The notes below the pieces were generated by a model, which saw only the letters and a list, made by a program, of their open reading frames with translations, did not search any database and was not told where the DNA came from. From Nanobdellota archaeon (GTDB lineage: Archaea > Nanobdellota > Nanobdellia > Parvarchaeales > Parvarchaeaceae): 64,000 bases of DNA. The position numbers were made by a program, and so were the translations under genes. The stretch covers positions 4,343 through 68,342 of the forward strand of contig JAKAVT010000001.1 of assembly GCA_021817165.1 (NCBI GenBank), read 5' to 3'. Below, piece by piece: positions 29,565 to 39,727 of this stretch (the stretch's first letter is position 1; each line of letters starts with the position of its first letter).

Positions 29565-29614
29565 ATTTAACAAACCATTTAATTGTGCAGACAATAAAAA
29601 TGTTTATTTTATAT

Positions 29615-30196
29615 TTAATGAGTAATGTATGTCAGAATAGAATGATCTACAAGGTAAAATTCAACGTTTCCCGGCTTTAAATTATGTATAATGTGACGTA
29701 TATTTTCTTCCTTATCTTCAAACAAAACAATGTGGTTATATATCTCACTTAATTTTTTTACCTCCAGCATTTTCCAGTCTTCATCATTTAATTCATGATT
29801 TGCAGGCAGTATTATCTTGCTGTAATTCAAACCGTATTTATTCAGGATCTCTTCTGTCTGTTCCCTAAATTCCTCTCCACGGGCACTTAATATTACAAGA
29901 TCATTTCCCTGTTTAACACTTTCTTTCAAATAATTAATAAAAGGTAAATTCGGTGAAAGTTTGCTTTTGTATTTAACATATGCAAGTGTATAAAGCTCGC
30001 TTTTCCATTTTTTATTGAAGCCTTTAGGAACCCTGCCTTCTCCTATGGTAATTTCAAGATCTTTGAATGTTTTATAATCTTCTTCCTTTCCTTTAAGCAG
30101 GGTTTCATACAGATCCTTTGCTGCTGAAATCAAAGCTGACTTATTGAAAAAAAGCGTGTCATCGAAATCAGAAACAAGCGCAGATAATTTTTCCAT
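29615..30196 (-). CDS. HAD-superfamily hydrolase-like protein
   Basis: DxDxT motif (SDFDDTLF) near the N-terminus and VILSARG motif II. Confidence 0.55.
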   Translation of the reverse strand: MEKLSALVSDFDDTLFFNKSALISAAKDLYETLLKGKEEDYKTFKDLEITIGEGRVPKGFNKKWKSELYTLAYVKYKSKLSPNLPFINYLKESVKQGNDLVILSARGEEFREQTEEILNKYGLNYSKIILPANHELNDEDWKMLEVKKLSEIYNHIVLFEDKEENIRHIIHNLKPGNVEFYLVDHSILTYITH

Positions 30197-30250
30197 TTTA
30201 GTATAAGAAGATGATAATTTAAATAATAAACGTTACGTTAAAAGTTGTAA

Positions 30251-30323
30251 GGGCCTATGGTCTAGTGGTTATGACGTCTGCCTTACACGCAGAAGGCCGG
30301 GAGTTCGAATCTCCCTGGGCCCA
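30251..30323 (+). tRNA. tRNA-Val (anticodon UAC)
   Basis: Hand-folded cloverleaf: anticodon arm TCTGC-CTTACAC-GCAGA, T arm GGGAG-TTCGAAT-CTCCC, acceptor GGGCCTA/TGGGCCC. Confidence 0.9.
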
Positions 30324-30330
30324 TTGAATT

Positions 30331-30606
30331 ATGGTAGAAAAAATAAGATGCGCGCATATTTTGGTGGAAAAGGAATCGACTGCAAAGGAGATTCTGGAAA
30401 AGCTGAAAAGAGGTGAAAGCTTCTCAAAGCTTGCGGAGCAGTATTCTATAGACGGATCCAGAAGAAGAGGCGGAGACCTGGGTTACTTTGGAAGAGGCAT
30501 AATGGTGAAAGAATTCGAAAAGGCGGCTTTCGCGCTGCAGAAAGGGCAGGTGTCTGACCTTGTGAAAACGAAGTTTGGCTACCACATAATAAAAAGACTC
30601 GATTAG
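30331..30606 (+). CDS. Parvulin-type peptidyl-prolyl isomerase (single domain)
   Basis: CAHILV...[17 protein letters not shown]...FGYHIIK matches the PpiC/parvulin consensus. Confidence 0.85.
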   Translation: MVEKIRCAHILVEKESTAKEILEKLKRGESFSKLAEQYSIDGSRRRGGDLGYFGRGIMVKEFEKAAFALQKGQVSDLVKTKFGYHIIKRLD

Positions 30607-31070
30607 CCGATAGACAGTCTTTCTCCGAATAAGGCGTTCAACATTTCTTTATACTCGTAGAAAAGTTCTCTATCAATGTAATCCGTAACGAAAAGGAAGG
30701 AATTGTATGAAGTTTGTACATCTATGTTTATTAGCTCGTTATAACGCAAACTTACACTTATGTTTTTTATGTCAGTATATTCTATGACGAAAGAAGATAA
30801 TTTGCGGATGTAAGATTCATTAATACCCATCAAGCTGTCTTTTTTGAGAGTCTTATCCTTAAAACTGCTCAGCGAAACTGATGGAGAGGGTGTGTCTATA
30901 ACTGCGCCGCTGGCGGGCCACATGCCGACGGGGGATTCTGATAGTAATTTGTCAACATTTGCGTCAATGACCCCAAAAATGGAGGCTTGACCAAAAAACA
31001 AATAAAACGTTTTGTCTTTTTCGGACGACAAAACCGCGTTTGGTATAACGCCGAATATGAAATTTGACAT
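30603..31070 (-). CDS. Hypothetical protein
   Basis: ORF only. No motif recognised. Confidence 0.45.
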   Translation of the reverse strand: MSNFIFGVIPNAVLSSEKDKTFYLFFGQASIFGVIDANVDKLLSESPVGMWPASGAVIDTPSPSVSLSSFKDKTLKKDSLMGINESYIRKLSSFVIEYTDIKNISVSLRYNELINIDVQTSYNSFLFVTDYIDRELFYEYKEMLNALFGERLSIG

Positions 31071-31200
31071 ACGCTATTAAAACATGCAACGAATAATAAC
31101 CTGCTGCGTTTGTTTATACCTTCTTTTTACAGCACTTCCTCTGCTGCATGAATCTTACAAAATGCCTTTGCAGAGCCTTAGGCCCTGCTTGTTTTATTGA

Positions 31201-31265
31201 GATTACAAATTTATCAAAAGTGAGCGGGAAAACCCACGCTCTTTAGAGGTGGGATGAAAGCGAAC
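31201..31265 (+). mobile_element. Miniature TnpB-derived relic (DYKF codons fused to 3'-end hairpin)
   Basis: GATTACAAATTTA is shared with the relic at 21261, followed by hairpin CCCACGCTCTTTAGAGGTGGG. Confidence 0.45.
31233..31253 (+). repeat. Hairpin repeat copy 1 (CCCACGCTCTTTAGAGGTGGG)
   Basis: 20 of 21 nt are identical to 31531-31551. Internal CCCAC/GTGGG and CTCT/AGAG pairing. Confidence 0.8.
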
Positions 31266-31430
31266 TAAAAAATGGAAAACTATAAATGAATGGAAGGCGT
31301 ATAAACAACATCAATAATGAAGTCTATCCTGAAAAAGAATAGACCGATGCTTAAGATAAAAGGTTGTTGACTAAACGTAAAATCTTAAAAAGGTTAGTCG
31401 AAATATCAATCAAATACTTCTTAAAAAGAA

Positions 31431-31561
31431 GTTACCCTCGGACAGAGGGGAATTTAAGCCTGTAGAGAATCCGACCTATACACTGCGGGAAACTGCATGC
31501 AAGTCGTGTCTGTGAAGCAGGAACCGGAAGCCCACACTCTTTAGAGGTGGGAGGATGTCAC
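31431..31561 (+). pseudogene. TnpB C-terminal fragment with its 3'-end hairpin
   Basis: It translates with one frame shift to ...DRGEFKPVENPT... and VSVKQEPEAHTL*. The string GAAGCAGGAA..CGGAAG is shared with the 3' end of the intact tnpB (49491-49510). Confidence 0.5.
31531..31551 (+). repeat. Hairpin repeat copy 2 (CCCACACTCTTTAGAGGTGGG)
   Basis: See copy 1. Confidence 0.8.
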
Positions 31562-31585
31562 AAAGATTAAACCCGTTTTAAAGAT

Positions 31586-31894
31586 ATGATAAACGTAGGG
31601 ATGTACTATAACGTTAAGAAGGGGCACGAAAAGGAATTCGAGGATACCTTCAGCAAAGTAGTTGATTACCTCAAAGGCAACGTAAATGGTTTCGAAAAGG
31701 CAAGCATATACAAAAAGGTTGGAAATGAAAGCAATACCACTGAGTACATGATATATAGCGAATGGAAGGACGCGGATTCATTCCGAGAATTTACAACTGC
31801 TAAAGCATTCCATGAAACTACTGAATATGGAAAAAGCATAATAGAAGGCAGACCCTACCACAGGATATTCAATGAAGTAAAGCAAGAAAATTAA
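31586..31894 (+). CDS. Antibiotic-biosynthesis-monooxygenase (ABM) domain protein
   Basis: About 100 aa with a ferredoxin-like ABM pattern: YYNVKKGHEKEFEDTF...YSEWKDADSFREF. Confidence 0.65.
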   Translation: MINVGMYYNVKKGHEKEFEDTFSKVVDYLKGNVNGFEKASIYKKVGNESNTTEYMIYSEWKDADSFREFTTAKAFHETTEYGKSIIEGRPYHRIFNEVKQEN

Positions 31895-32514
31895 ACAGTT
31901 TCTGCTTTTCTGCCTACAAATACGGGGCTCTCGACTATTATCCACTTTCTTGCTTCCGCTTTTCTTAAATTTCTTGCTACCTTCATCCATTTTGCAAGCG
32001 ATTCAACTTCGTATAGGACTAGGAATTCAAAATCGTCGATTGCAAACGAGTATGTTGTATAAGACCGTATGTTTTCATTGTTTGGATCGCTTACTGCCAG
32101 GTTTACATGCTCTTTTGTTATCCTGTTCTGCTCTTTCTCTTCCAACAAATACCATTTCGGATCTTTTTTCACGGGATAAGCAACCAGATACTTTAACTTA
32201 TTGTCTTCCTTTAGATAACTGGCATTCGGATGCTCATAGACAGATAGATAACTGTAGGTCTCATTCAGTATTTTGCCGAAACCCTGCAGCAACGCTTCTT
32301 TAAATGAAAGAAGGAGCTCATAAGAATCTGCCAGGTTAAAAAGCATTAAATCCGCATTGTGCTTTATTGAAAGATACTGCCTGCAAATGAACGTCCCGTT
32401 CTTTGCTGCCCTCTTGGCTATTTCTTCTATCCCGCAGACCAATTCTTTTTTGTTCATTTTCTTAGCAGTTAAATCAAGCTTGAAGCAGTGCAATGAAACG
32501 AACAATTCTTCCAT
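31891..32514 (-). CDS. Chlorite dismutase-family / HemQ-like protein
   Basis: YLVAYPVKKDPKWYLL...KEH...FEFLVLYEVESL...LRKAEARKWI resembles the Cld/HemQ C-terminal domain. Confidence 0.55.
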   Translation of the reverse strand: MEELFVSLHCFKLDLTAKKMNKKELVCGIEEIAKRAAKNGTFICRQYLSIKHNADLMLFNLADSYELLLSFKEALLQGFGKILNETYSYLSVYEHPNASYLKEDNKLKYLVAYPVKKDPKWYLLEEKEQNRITKEHVNLAVSDPNNENIRSYTTYSFAIDDFEFLVLYEVESLAKWMKVARNLRKAEARKWIIVESPVFVGRKAETV

Positions 32515-32515
32515 A

Positions 32516-33046
32516 TTAAGGCCCTAGACCATTAATTTTGCCGGAATTGCTATAAAAAAGCAACGCAAGCATAGTTTTTGTATCCTTGATTTTGCCTTCG
32601 TATGCCTTTTTCATTGCATCTTTTAATTTTATTTTTACCGGCGTTATTATCTCATTTTCATCGAGGTTTCTTTCATTCTTAACAAGATCATAAGCAATGT
32701 AATGATATTCAAAATAATCCATCAATGCCGGGTTATTCCATGTTTTAAACATGAACTTGACCTTTTTTGGGTAATAACCGGTTTCTTCAGCGAGCTCCCT
32801 TCTTACTGCATTTTCCCTGCTTTCGCCTTTGTCTATCGAACCGGCAGGCAGCTCCAGTATTTTTTTGTTTACTGCGAAACGAAACTGCTTTTCCATGATT
32901 ATCGTGTCTTTATCCAGAAAAGGAAGGATTACAACCGCATCGTTTTTAAGTATCCTGAAGTTTTTCAGTTTTTTTCCCCTCACGTTCAGATAGCCTTCCT
33001 CGATTCTAAGGGTATCAAACGGGGATTTGTAGACTACCTTTCCCAT
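32516..33046 (-). CDS. NUDIX hydrolase (ADP-ribose pyrophosphatase-like)
   Basis: Nudix box GSIDKGESRENAVRRELAEETG. Confidence 0.85.
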   Translation of the reverse strand: MGKVVYKSPFDTLRIEEGYLNVRGKKLKNFRILKNDAVVILPFLDKDTIIMEKQFRFAVNKKILELPAGSIDKGESRENAVRRELAEETGYYPKKVKFMFKTWNNPALMDYFEYHYIAYDLVKNERNLDENEIITPVKIKLKDAMKKAYEGKIKDTKTMLALLFYSNSGKINGLGP

Positions 33047-33064
33047 TTATAGGTTAAGCAACTG

Positions 33065-33532
33065 TTATATTATAATCTTTAGAACCGGAAGATATGTTTG
33101 GTTTACCGTTTCACTGTAATTTGACATGAAGCTTTCCAGCATGTAATTAAATTCTGCTTCGGCCAGACAAGCCGATTCAACCGAATTTCCGTTTTTCAGG
33201 GCTTTAATGAAATCCGCTGCTATGCCGTGATAAAGCCTGTTTATGTAATTAATAGAATCTAGATACGCGGATTCTATGTGCCTTTGGTTATGGTATTTGT
33301 ATTCTATCTTTAACTTGGAAAGCATTTCGTCATTTTCATCTATGTCAAGCAGTTTTTCGGCTAGTTTTGTGACTATCCCATAGTTTTTAATGCATACGTT
33401 TAGATTTGATTCCAAAAAACTTTTATCCTCTAAGGTTTTGTCTTTAAGGATTTTTTCAAGTTCTTTTCTCGAAACGGAAACGAAAGAATTGTAAAAATCA
33501 TGCAGCTTTGAAGAATTCTTATCATTCCGCAT
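33065..33532 (-). CDS. Hypothetical helical protein
   Basis: ORF only. Confidence 0.45.
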   Translation of the reverse strand: MRNDKNSSKLHDFYNSFVSVSRKELEKILKDKTLEDKSFLESNLNVCIKNYGIVTKLAEKLLDIDENDEMLSKLKIEYKYHNQRHIESAYLDSINYINRLYHGIAADFIKALKNGNSVESACLAEAEFNYMLESFMSNYSETVNQTYLPVLKIII

Positions 33533-33581
33533 ATTTTAATAAGCCATCAAGTATATAAAAATAGTAATTTCATAATAAATC

Positions 33582-33875
33582 ATGGCAAGAACTGGTTGCG
33601 ACATGCGCGGTATGCTTTCCTTTCAGATACTGAACATGCTCAAGAAAAACAATCTCTGTGGGGAAGATATAGCTAGAAACATAGAAAAATACAGGGGCAA
33701 AAAGCCCGTAGCCAGCACCATTTACCCAGCGCTTAAAAGACTAGCAAGCAGTGGATTTATAACAGGCAAAAAACAAGGAAAAAGAAAGATTTATTCAATT
33801 ACTAAAAAAGGTCTTTTAGAGGAGAAAAAGGCCCTTGCCTATTTTGAAAGGCTATATTCAGAAATTCAAAAATAG
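33582..33875 (+). CDS. PadR-family winged-helix transcriptional regulator
   Basis: LSFQILNML...CGEDIARNIE...STIYPALKRLASSGFI...KRKIYSITKKG. Confidence 0.75.
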   Translation: MARTGCDMRGMLSFQILNMLKKNNLCGEDIARNIEKYRGKKPVASTIYPALKRLASSGFITGKKQGKRKIYSITKKGLLEEKKALAYFERLYSEIQK

Positions 33876-33879
33876 GGGG

Positions 33880-33901
33880 ACGGGGGTTTTAAAACCCCCG
33901 T
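33880..33901. terminator. Perfect GC-rich hairpin ACGGGGG-TTTTAAAA-CCCCCGT followed by a T-run
   Basis: It lies between the convergent PadR and ftsZ2 genes, starting 5 nt after the PadR stop. Confidence 0.6.
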
Positions 33902-33931
33902 TGATTTTTGAGGAAATTTTGATAAACATGA

Positions 33932-33948
33932 TGGCCCAAAATGGGCCA
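33932..33948. terminator. Hairpin TGGCCCA-AAA-TGGGCCA just downstream of the ftsZ2 stop
   Basis: 7-bp perfect inverted repeat 8 nt from the ftsZ2 stop codon. Confidence 0.45.
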
Positions 33949-33955
33949 AAACTAA

Positions 33956-35056
33956 TTACTTAAGTATCTCTATTCCAAGTTCCTGGTTTATAGCACCAGT
34001 AGTTTTGGAAAGGGTGTTTATCTCTTCTGGTCCCAATAAATAAGGAGAGCTTACTCCCGTTATTATTGTCATGACCCTTAATTTTCCGGAAAGAGACTCA
34101 TCCACCTTTGCACCCCATATGACTACTGCATCTGGGTCCAAAGACTGAGTTGCCATTTCACCTATCTGGTTTACCTCTGCAAGAGTTAAATCAGGTCCTC
34201 CTGAGATGTGTATTAAGGCTCCCTTTGCGCCCTTGTAGCTTACATCCAAAAGAGGGTTGTTAAGTGCCCTTCTAACTACCTCGGTTACCCTGGAATCCGA
34301 AGCGTCGGTTTCTCCTATCCCTATCACGGAAACGCCGCCCTTATTCATTATAGCTTTTATATCCGCGAAATCAAGGTGTACCAATGCGCTTGCATCTGAG
34401 ATAGTCTCAACTATTCCCTTTATCATAGTTGCAACTACTTCATTCGCTACATTGAACGCCTGGTCTATAGGCAGATTGCCAGCCATGCTTACCAGCCTGT
34501 TATTGTCTATAACTATGACAGTATCAGAGCTGTTTCGCAGTTCTTCCAGACCGGATTCTGCAGATTCTACCCTCTTCCTTTCAGTTTTAAACGGCATTGT
34601 TACAGTGCTTATTACGATAGCACCCATGTCTTTTGCAAGTTTTGCAATTACTGGAGCTGCACCCGTACCGGTTCCTCCGCCAAGACCTGCACATACAAAA
34701 ACCAGGTCTGCTCCTCTTAAAGAGTCTTTAAGTTCCCTAGAAGATTCCTCTGCGGCCATTTTTCCCTTTTCAGGAAAACCGCCGGCCCCTAGGCCTTTTG
34801 TCAGTTCCTTTCCGATGAGTATTTTTTTATCCCCATTCCTTGCGTTTAACTGCACTTGATCCGTGTTAGCGAGAATGACTTCTGCGCCTTTGACTCCTTT
34901 TTTGAAGAGCCAATTGCCCATATTATTTCCGCCGCCGCCGACTCCTACAACTTTTATTAAAGCCTGGTTGAATAAAGGTTCGTTCATACCTTCTTCCCTG
35001 CTGGCTTTTAATGCGCTTTCAACAAGCAAATCCATTACCATTTTCCCCTCCATCAT
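33956..35056 (-). CDS. ftsZ: Cell division GTPase FtsZ (paralogue 2)
   Basis: GGGTGTGAAPV, VGVGGGGNN and NTDQ motifs. Confidence 0.95.
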   Translation of the reverse strand: MMEGKMVMDLLVESALKASREEGMNEPLFNQALIKVVGVGGGGNNMGNWLFKKGVKGAEVILANTDQVQLNARNGDKKILIGKELTKGLGAGGFPEKGKMAAEESSRELKDSLRGADLVFVCAGLGGGTGTGAAPVIAKLAKDMGAIVISTVTMPFKTERKRVESAESGLEELRNSSDTVIVIDNNRLVSMAGNLPIDQAFNVANEVVATMIKGIVETISDASALVHLDFADIKAIMNKGGVSVIGIGETDASDSRVTEVVRRALNNPLLDVSYKGAKGALIHISGGPDLTLAEVNQIGEMATQSLDPDAVVIWGAKVDESLSGKLRVMTIITGVSSPYLLGPEEINTLSKTTGAINQELGIEILK

Positions 35057-35340
35057 ATTGGAAACAAAAGCGAAAGCTTTATATTCCCAACACGTCTTTA
35101 TTTTATTAAGAAAAACAAGTAAGTGATCCCAAAACTTACAATGTTACGATTAAAATTTGAATGTTCCCCAACATTCAAATTTATTCTATTTATTTAAATA
35201 ACTATAATAACCTCTGTTCATTTAAAAAGGTTATTGTCATAAAGTATATATGCCTTTTAATACCGAATAAAAACAACACTATCATTAAACTGCAAATTAG
35301 CAATGAAAAGAGTTAAAACATTGCACATGTAAATATTATA

Positions 35341-36639
35341 ATGAATAGTAAACGTATTGAAACAAAGAATCTATCGTTTGGAGACGTAATAGAAATAAAA
35401 ATAGACAATCAAACTTTTAACGGAGAATTCATAAAGGGAGAGGAAAATCTCACAGTAATAAAACTGAAATCAGGCTACGACATTGCGGTCCCGAATGATT
35501 CCATTGAAAACATAACGATAATAGAGAAGGGAAGAAAACCTGAAGAGAAAGAACAAAAAGAAGAAAGAAAAAATGACAAAAATCCCGACATAACAATAAT
35601 AACGACGGGCGGAACGATATCGTCAAAAATAGACTATAAGACCGGAGGAGTATCTCCATCTGTAGACAGCGATTATTACTTCCAGATTTCTCCTGACCTA
35701 GAAAAACAGGGAAAGATAGCAGTAGTAAATCTGATGAGAAAGCTATCCGAGAACATGTTACCGTCAGACTGGATAAAAATAGCCAAGGAAGCATATTCCA
35801 GCATAAAAAACGGCAGCAAAGGGATAATAGTAACCAGCGGCACCGACACGATGCATTTCGCTTCATCTGCACTATCTTTCTTATTGAACCCTCTTTCGGT
35901 TCCAGTGGTTTTCACGGGATCGCAAAGAAGCACTGACAGAGGGTCTACCGATGCATCGACAAACCTGCTTCTCTCAGCATTTACTGCGAAGAACTTTCCT
36001 GGGGGCGAATCGGTGATTTGCATGCATGCAAACCTAAACGACGAATATAATTACGTATTAAGGGGAAACAAAGCAAGAAAGATGCATACTGAAAGAAGGG
36101 ACGCATTCAGGCCAATAAACATTAAGCCTCTTGCCAAGGTTTATACTGACGGAAAAATCAATGAACTTTCTTCTTATATAATAACGAAAAAAGAAAATAC
36201 AAGATTAAATGACAGAATTGATGAAAATGTAAAATTAATATACGGTTACCCTTCAATGGGGGGAGACATAATAAACTATTATATCGATAACAAAGTGCAT
36301 GGTATGGTGATATCTGCTACAGGCTTCGGCAACCTCCCTTTGGAGGATAAAACGGTTGTAAGCGCATTAAAGAAAGCCGAAAAAGAAGGGGTGCCCATAG
36401 TGATAACCTCTCAGACCATCTATGGAGCGACAAACAAGTTTGTGTACAGCACTCTGAGAGAAATTTCTGGATTCGACAACATCGTATATGTAGGAGATAT
36501 GACAACTGAAACGGCATTCGTAAAACTTATGTTCGCCCTTGGAAACAGTAAAAAATTAGAGGAAGTGAAAGAGATAATGTCAAGGAACTTGGCAGGCGAG
36601 ATAAAAGAAAGAAGGGAAATAGACGAATTTTTGATATGA
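35341..36639 (+). CDS. gatD: Glu-tRNA(Gln) amidotransferase subunit D
   Basis: Asparaginase-like motifs TTGGTISS and GTDTM, with gatE immediately downstream. Confidence 0.9.
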   Translation: MNSKRIETKNLSFGDVIEIKIDNQTFNGEFIKGEENLTVIKLKSGYDIAVPNDSIENITIIEKGRKPEEKEQKEERKNDKNPDITIITTGGTISSKIDYKTGGVSPSVDSDYYFQISPDLEKQGKIAVVNLMRKLSENMLPSDWIKIAKEAYSSIKNGSKGIIVTSGTDTMHFASSALSFLLNPLSVPVVFTGSQRSTDRGSTDASTNLLLSAFTAKNFPGGESVICMHANLNDEYNYVLRGNKARKMHTERRDAFRPINIKPLAKVYTDGKINELSSYIITKKENTRLNDRIDENVKLIYGYPSMGGDIINYYIDNKVHGMVISATGFGNLPLEDKTVVSALKKAEKEGVPIVITSQTIYGATNKFVYSTLREISGFDNIVYVGDMTTETAFVKLMFALGNSKKLEEVKEIMSRNLAGEIKERREIDEFLI

Positions 36640-38459
36640 AAATAAGATGCGGTTTTGAATGGCACATACAAGTAGATTCGGGCAAGCTGTTCTGCCGCTG
36701 CAAATCGGAAATAAAGGAAAATAAGGATTACTTTGAGATAAGAAGGTTGATAAGACCTTCTTTTGGTGAAAGCGGCAAAATAGACATAAGCGCGGAATTT
36801 GAGGGCAAAAAAACAAAAAAGATAGTATACAAGGTTTTTAACGATGCGGATTGCTTGGTAGACATAGACGAGGAGCCGCCGCATGACATAGACAAGGATG
36901 CACTTTCTACGGGGGTTAACCTGGCTTATGCATTGGATGCATACCTGCTGAACAACCTGATATTCATGAGAAAGACGATAGTTGACGGGTCAAATACGAC
37001 TGGCTTTCAAAGAACAGCAATTTTAGCAGTAAACGGCGAATTCCCGTTTAAGGAGAAAAAGATAAAGATTGACACGATTTCCATAGAGGAAGACTCTGCC
37101 AGGAAGGAAACAGAGAACAGGGAAGAAACGGTCTATTTTCTAGACCGGATAGGCATACCTCTGATAGAAATTGCAACTGGAATAATAGAAACGGATGAAA
37201 ATGAAGCAAAGGACATAGCAATGCAGTTCGGGAAGTTTACAAGGTTGTTCAACGTTAAAAGGGGGATAGGGACAATAAGACAGGATGTAAATCTTTCCAT
37301 CGAAGGGGGAAAAAGGGTAGAACTGAAGGGATTCCAGAACATCAGAGAAATGGACAAAGTTATATTGAATGAAGCCAAAAGACAGGAAAACCTCATAAAA
37401 ATAAAAAATGACTGGAGTTACATTGCAGACGAAATTAAAAAGTGGCAGTTCGAAGACATAAAAGAGATGTTTGACGGCACGGAATCAAACATGGTAAAGA
37501 CTGCCTTAAAAAACGGAAAAAGCATAATCGGCATGAAATTGACAGGTTTAAATGGTCTGTTGGGAACGTACGTCTGCGAGAACAAGAGGTTCGGAAGCGA
37601 AATAAGCGATTATCTAAGGGTTAAACTGGGCTACGGGATAATGCATTCTGATGAACTCCCGGCATACGGGATAAGCGAGAATGAAAAACGCAGGATATTA
37701 GAAAGACTGCATTGCAGCGAAAAGGACTCTTTTCTGTTTTCGATTTGCGATAAAGAATATGAAAACACTGCAATAGCCGTAATTAAAGAAAGGATTATTT
37801 CTCTGCTTAAGGAGGTGCCGTCGGAGGTAAGGCTTGTGCAGGAAGACAATACCACTAGATTTTTAAGACCAATGGGTGGAAAGGACAGAATGTACGTTGA
37901 AACAGACCTGCCGATAATAAAAATAGATAAAGAAATTTTAAAAGAAGGAAAGGAATACATAGGCAGGAATGTAGATTCATTGAAAGCCTCACTCAACATA
38001 TCGGACGAGTTTCTAGATCAGCTCATATCATCTAGAAAACTTAGTGAAGCTGTATACTTAAACAAGAAAACTGGGCTGGACTTTAGCGTTATAATACAAG
38101 TTGCAATAGAAGACTGGAAGTACATTAAAAGAAGGTTTGGAAAGGAAATAGACAAAGAAGACATAGAAGAGATATTGGAGCAGATAAAAAAGAACGGAAT
38201 AGCCAGGGACTCGGCAAGAATAATAATGGAAGGAATTGCATTGACTGACAAGAGCGTTGAGGACATAATCAAAGAAAAGGGGCTTAAAAAGAAAACCAAT
38301 GAAGAACTGAAAAAGGAAATAGAAAAGCTCATAAAAGACAAAAAGCTTGATAAGGTCGATTCTCTTATAATAAATCTGAAGGACAGAATAGGGACTACTT
38401 TTGAGGCTAAAGAAGCCTACAGGATAGCGCTAGAAATGATAAAAGATGAAAAAAATTGA
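36636..38459 (+). CDS. gatE: Glu-tRNA(Gln) amidotransferase subunit E
   Basis: N-terminus [13 protein letters not shown]...KLFC, about 600 aa, 4-nt overlap with gatD. Confidence 0.9.
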   Translation: MKIRCGFEWHIQVDSGKLFCRCKSEIKENKDYFEIRRLIRPSFGESGKIDISAEFEGKKTKKIVYKVFNDADCLVDIDEEPPHDIDKDALSTGVNLAYALDAYLLNNLIFMRKTIVDGSNTTGFQRTAILAVNGEFPFKEKKIKIDTISIEEDSARKETENREETVYFLDRIGIPLIEIATGIIETDENEAKDIAMQFGKFTRLFNVKRGIGTIRQDVNLSIEGGKRVELKGFQNIREMDKVILNEAKRQENLIKIKNDWSYIADEIKKWQFEDIKEMFDGTESNMVKTALKNGKSIIGMKLTGLNGLLGTYVCENKRFGSEISDYLRVKLGYGIMHSDELPAYGISENEKRRILERLHCSEKDSFLFSICDKEYENTAIAVIKERIISLLKEVPSEVRLVQEDNTTRFLRPMGGKDRMYVETDLPIIKIDKEILKEGKEYIGRNVDSLKASLNISDEFLDQLISSRKLSEAVYLNKKTGLDFSVIIQVAIEDWKYIKRRFGKEIDKEDIEEILEQIKKNGIARDSARIIMEGIALTDKSVEDIIKEKGLKKKTNEELKKEIEKLIKDKKLDKVDSLIINLKDRIGTTFEAKEAYRIALEMIKDEKN

Positions 38460-39042
38460 TTTTTACAGAGAGATATCGAAACTGGACAAAATAGAAAAAA
38501 ACAGTATCAGATTAGAGCAGTACAGCACTGACATTGATACGGCTTACCAATTTATACAGTTCATAGATTACAACGCCGGCATGAAAGGAAAAACGGTTGC
38601 GGATCTGGGTTGCGGAAATGGCATACTTGGGATATCTGCTGCATTGCTTGGTGCGGAGAAAGTTGACCTGTATGATATAGATGAAAAGGCAGTATACGCT
38701 GCGAAACAGAACATTGAAACATTGAAGGTTAAAAACGCAAACGCTATTTGCATTGACTTGTTTGACATAAAGAAAAAATACGACATAGTGGTTTCCAACC
38801 CCCCTTTTGGCTTCCAAAGCAGCTTTAATTTAAACGCATTCATTAAAAAGACAACTTCCATATCCGATAACGTATTTTTTATCTATAAAGACAATCAGGA
38901 AATAAGAAAAATCACTGAGAACACCGGTTTTTCAATATACAAAATAAGAGACATAAAATTGGAAAAAACACTGCCTTTTCACAAAAAAAGTTATTATAGT
39001 TTACCTGTTGTTATAGTCTATAAGACGACAAAAAATATATGA
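38446..39042 (+). CDS. SAM-dependent methyltransferase with NPPF motif (METTL5/N6-adenine-type)
   Basis: Motif [11 protein letters not shown] and motif IV SNPPFG. Confidence 0.75.
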   Translation: MKKIDFYREISKLDKIEKNSIRLEQYSTDIDTAYQFIQFIDYNAGMKGKTVADLGCGNGILGISAALLGAEKVDLYDIDEKAVYAAKQNIETLKVKNANAICIDLFDIKKKYDIVVSNPPFGFQSSFNLNAFIKKTTSISDNVFFIYKDNQEIRKITENTGFSIYKIRDIKLEKTLPFHKKSYYSLPVVIVYKTTKNI

Positions 39043-39482
39043 AAGGCCAAATAAATTTGGGAACGTGGGTCCTTATAACTGCGATAGTAGCAATACTTAT
39101 CCTGCTGATATTTGATTCGACGATAAGAAGCTACATCTTAACAAATCTAAGCGGTCTTATAACAGGAATAAAATCCACCAGCCCCGGCCAGCTTTCCGAG
39201 GTCATAACGAACTTTACCGCGTATAACTGCAGTTCTGCATGCTCTACCTTTTCGAGTTCCATTTATTACTGGACGATAAATTTCAACGGCCAGAATTACA
39301 CATATTATTTAAATGACAGCATAGGGGTTAGTTCGTCTGCCGGTAATTACTCATTGGAGCTGTACCCTGTATTAACTTCTTCCGGTGAACTATGCTCTAA
39401 TGCGACGACATCTACACAGAAAACCAAAATACTTAAAGTCGCTGCGGACAAAAACTACAACATCTATTATTTTAGTTGCTAG
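39039..39482 (+). CDS. Secreted/surface protein with class III (type IV pilin-like) signal peptide
   Basis: MKGQ followed by hydrophobic [19 protein letters not shown]. The mature part is rich in sequons and Cys. Confidence 0.5.
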   Translation: MKGQINLGTWVLITAIVAILILLIFDSTIRSYILTNLSGLITGIKSTSPGQLSEVITNFTAYNCSSACSTFSSSIYYWTINFNGQNYTYYLNDSIGVSSSAGNYSLELYPVLTSSGELCSNATTSTQKTKILKVAADKNYNIYYFSC

Positions 39483-39535
39483 CTTTGAACAATGCTATTT
39501 TAACTTACATTCAATTGAATAAAAATTCTGTTGGA

Positions 39536-39727
39536 CTATGGAAGACTGTTATTTATTGAAGTAGTATTTGGAGAGGAGTGGATAAGATTGGTTAACGGCG
39601 AGAATATGCCGGTTTTAAGGAGAAAAATCAGTATCACCAGCAGCGCGAGCGCTATTATTATGATGATTATTATGGTTATACCCAACTCCATCCCTTTTTT
39701 GTCGATACGCATAGATTTTGATGTCAT
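39536..39727 (-). CDS. Small class III signal peptide (pilin-like) protein
   Basis: KKGMELGITIIIIIIIALALLVILIF. It is preferred over the mirror ORF at 39531-39731 (+). Confidence 0.4.
   Translation of the reverse strand: MTSKSMRIDKKGMELGITIIIIIIIALALLVILIFLLKTGIFSPLTNLIHSSPNTTSINNSLP

Noticed and set aside
31093-31227. 44-codon ORF MQRIITCCVCLYLLF... in the gene-free region
   Set aside because: It has no supporting signal, lies among IS debris, and its composition looks like chance.
34257-35126. 200-aa and 87-aa + strand ORFs
   Set aside because: They are antisense to ftsZ2, the same shadow-ORF situation as at ftsZ1.
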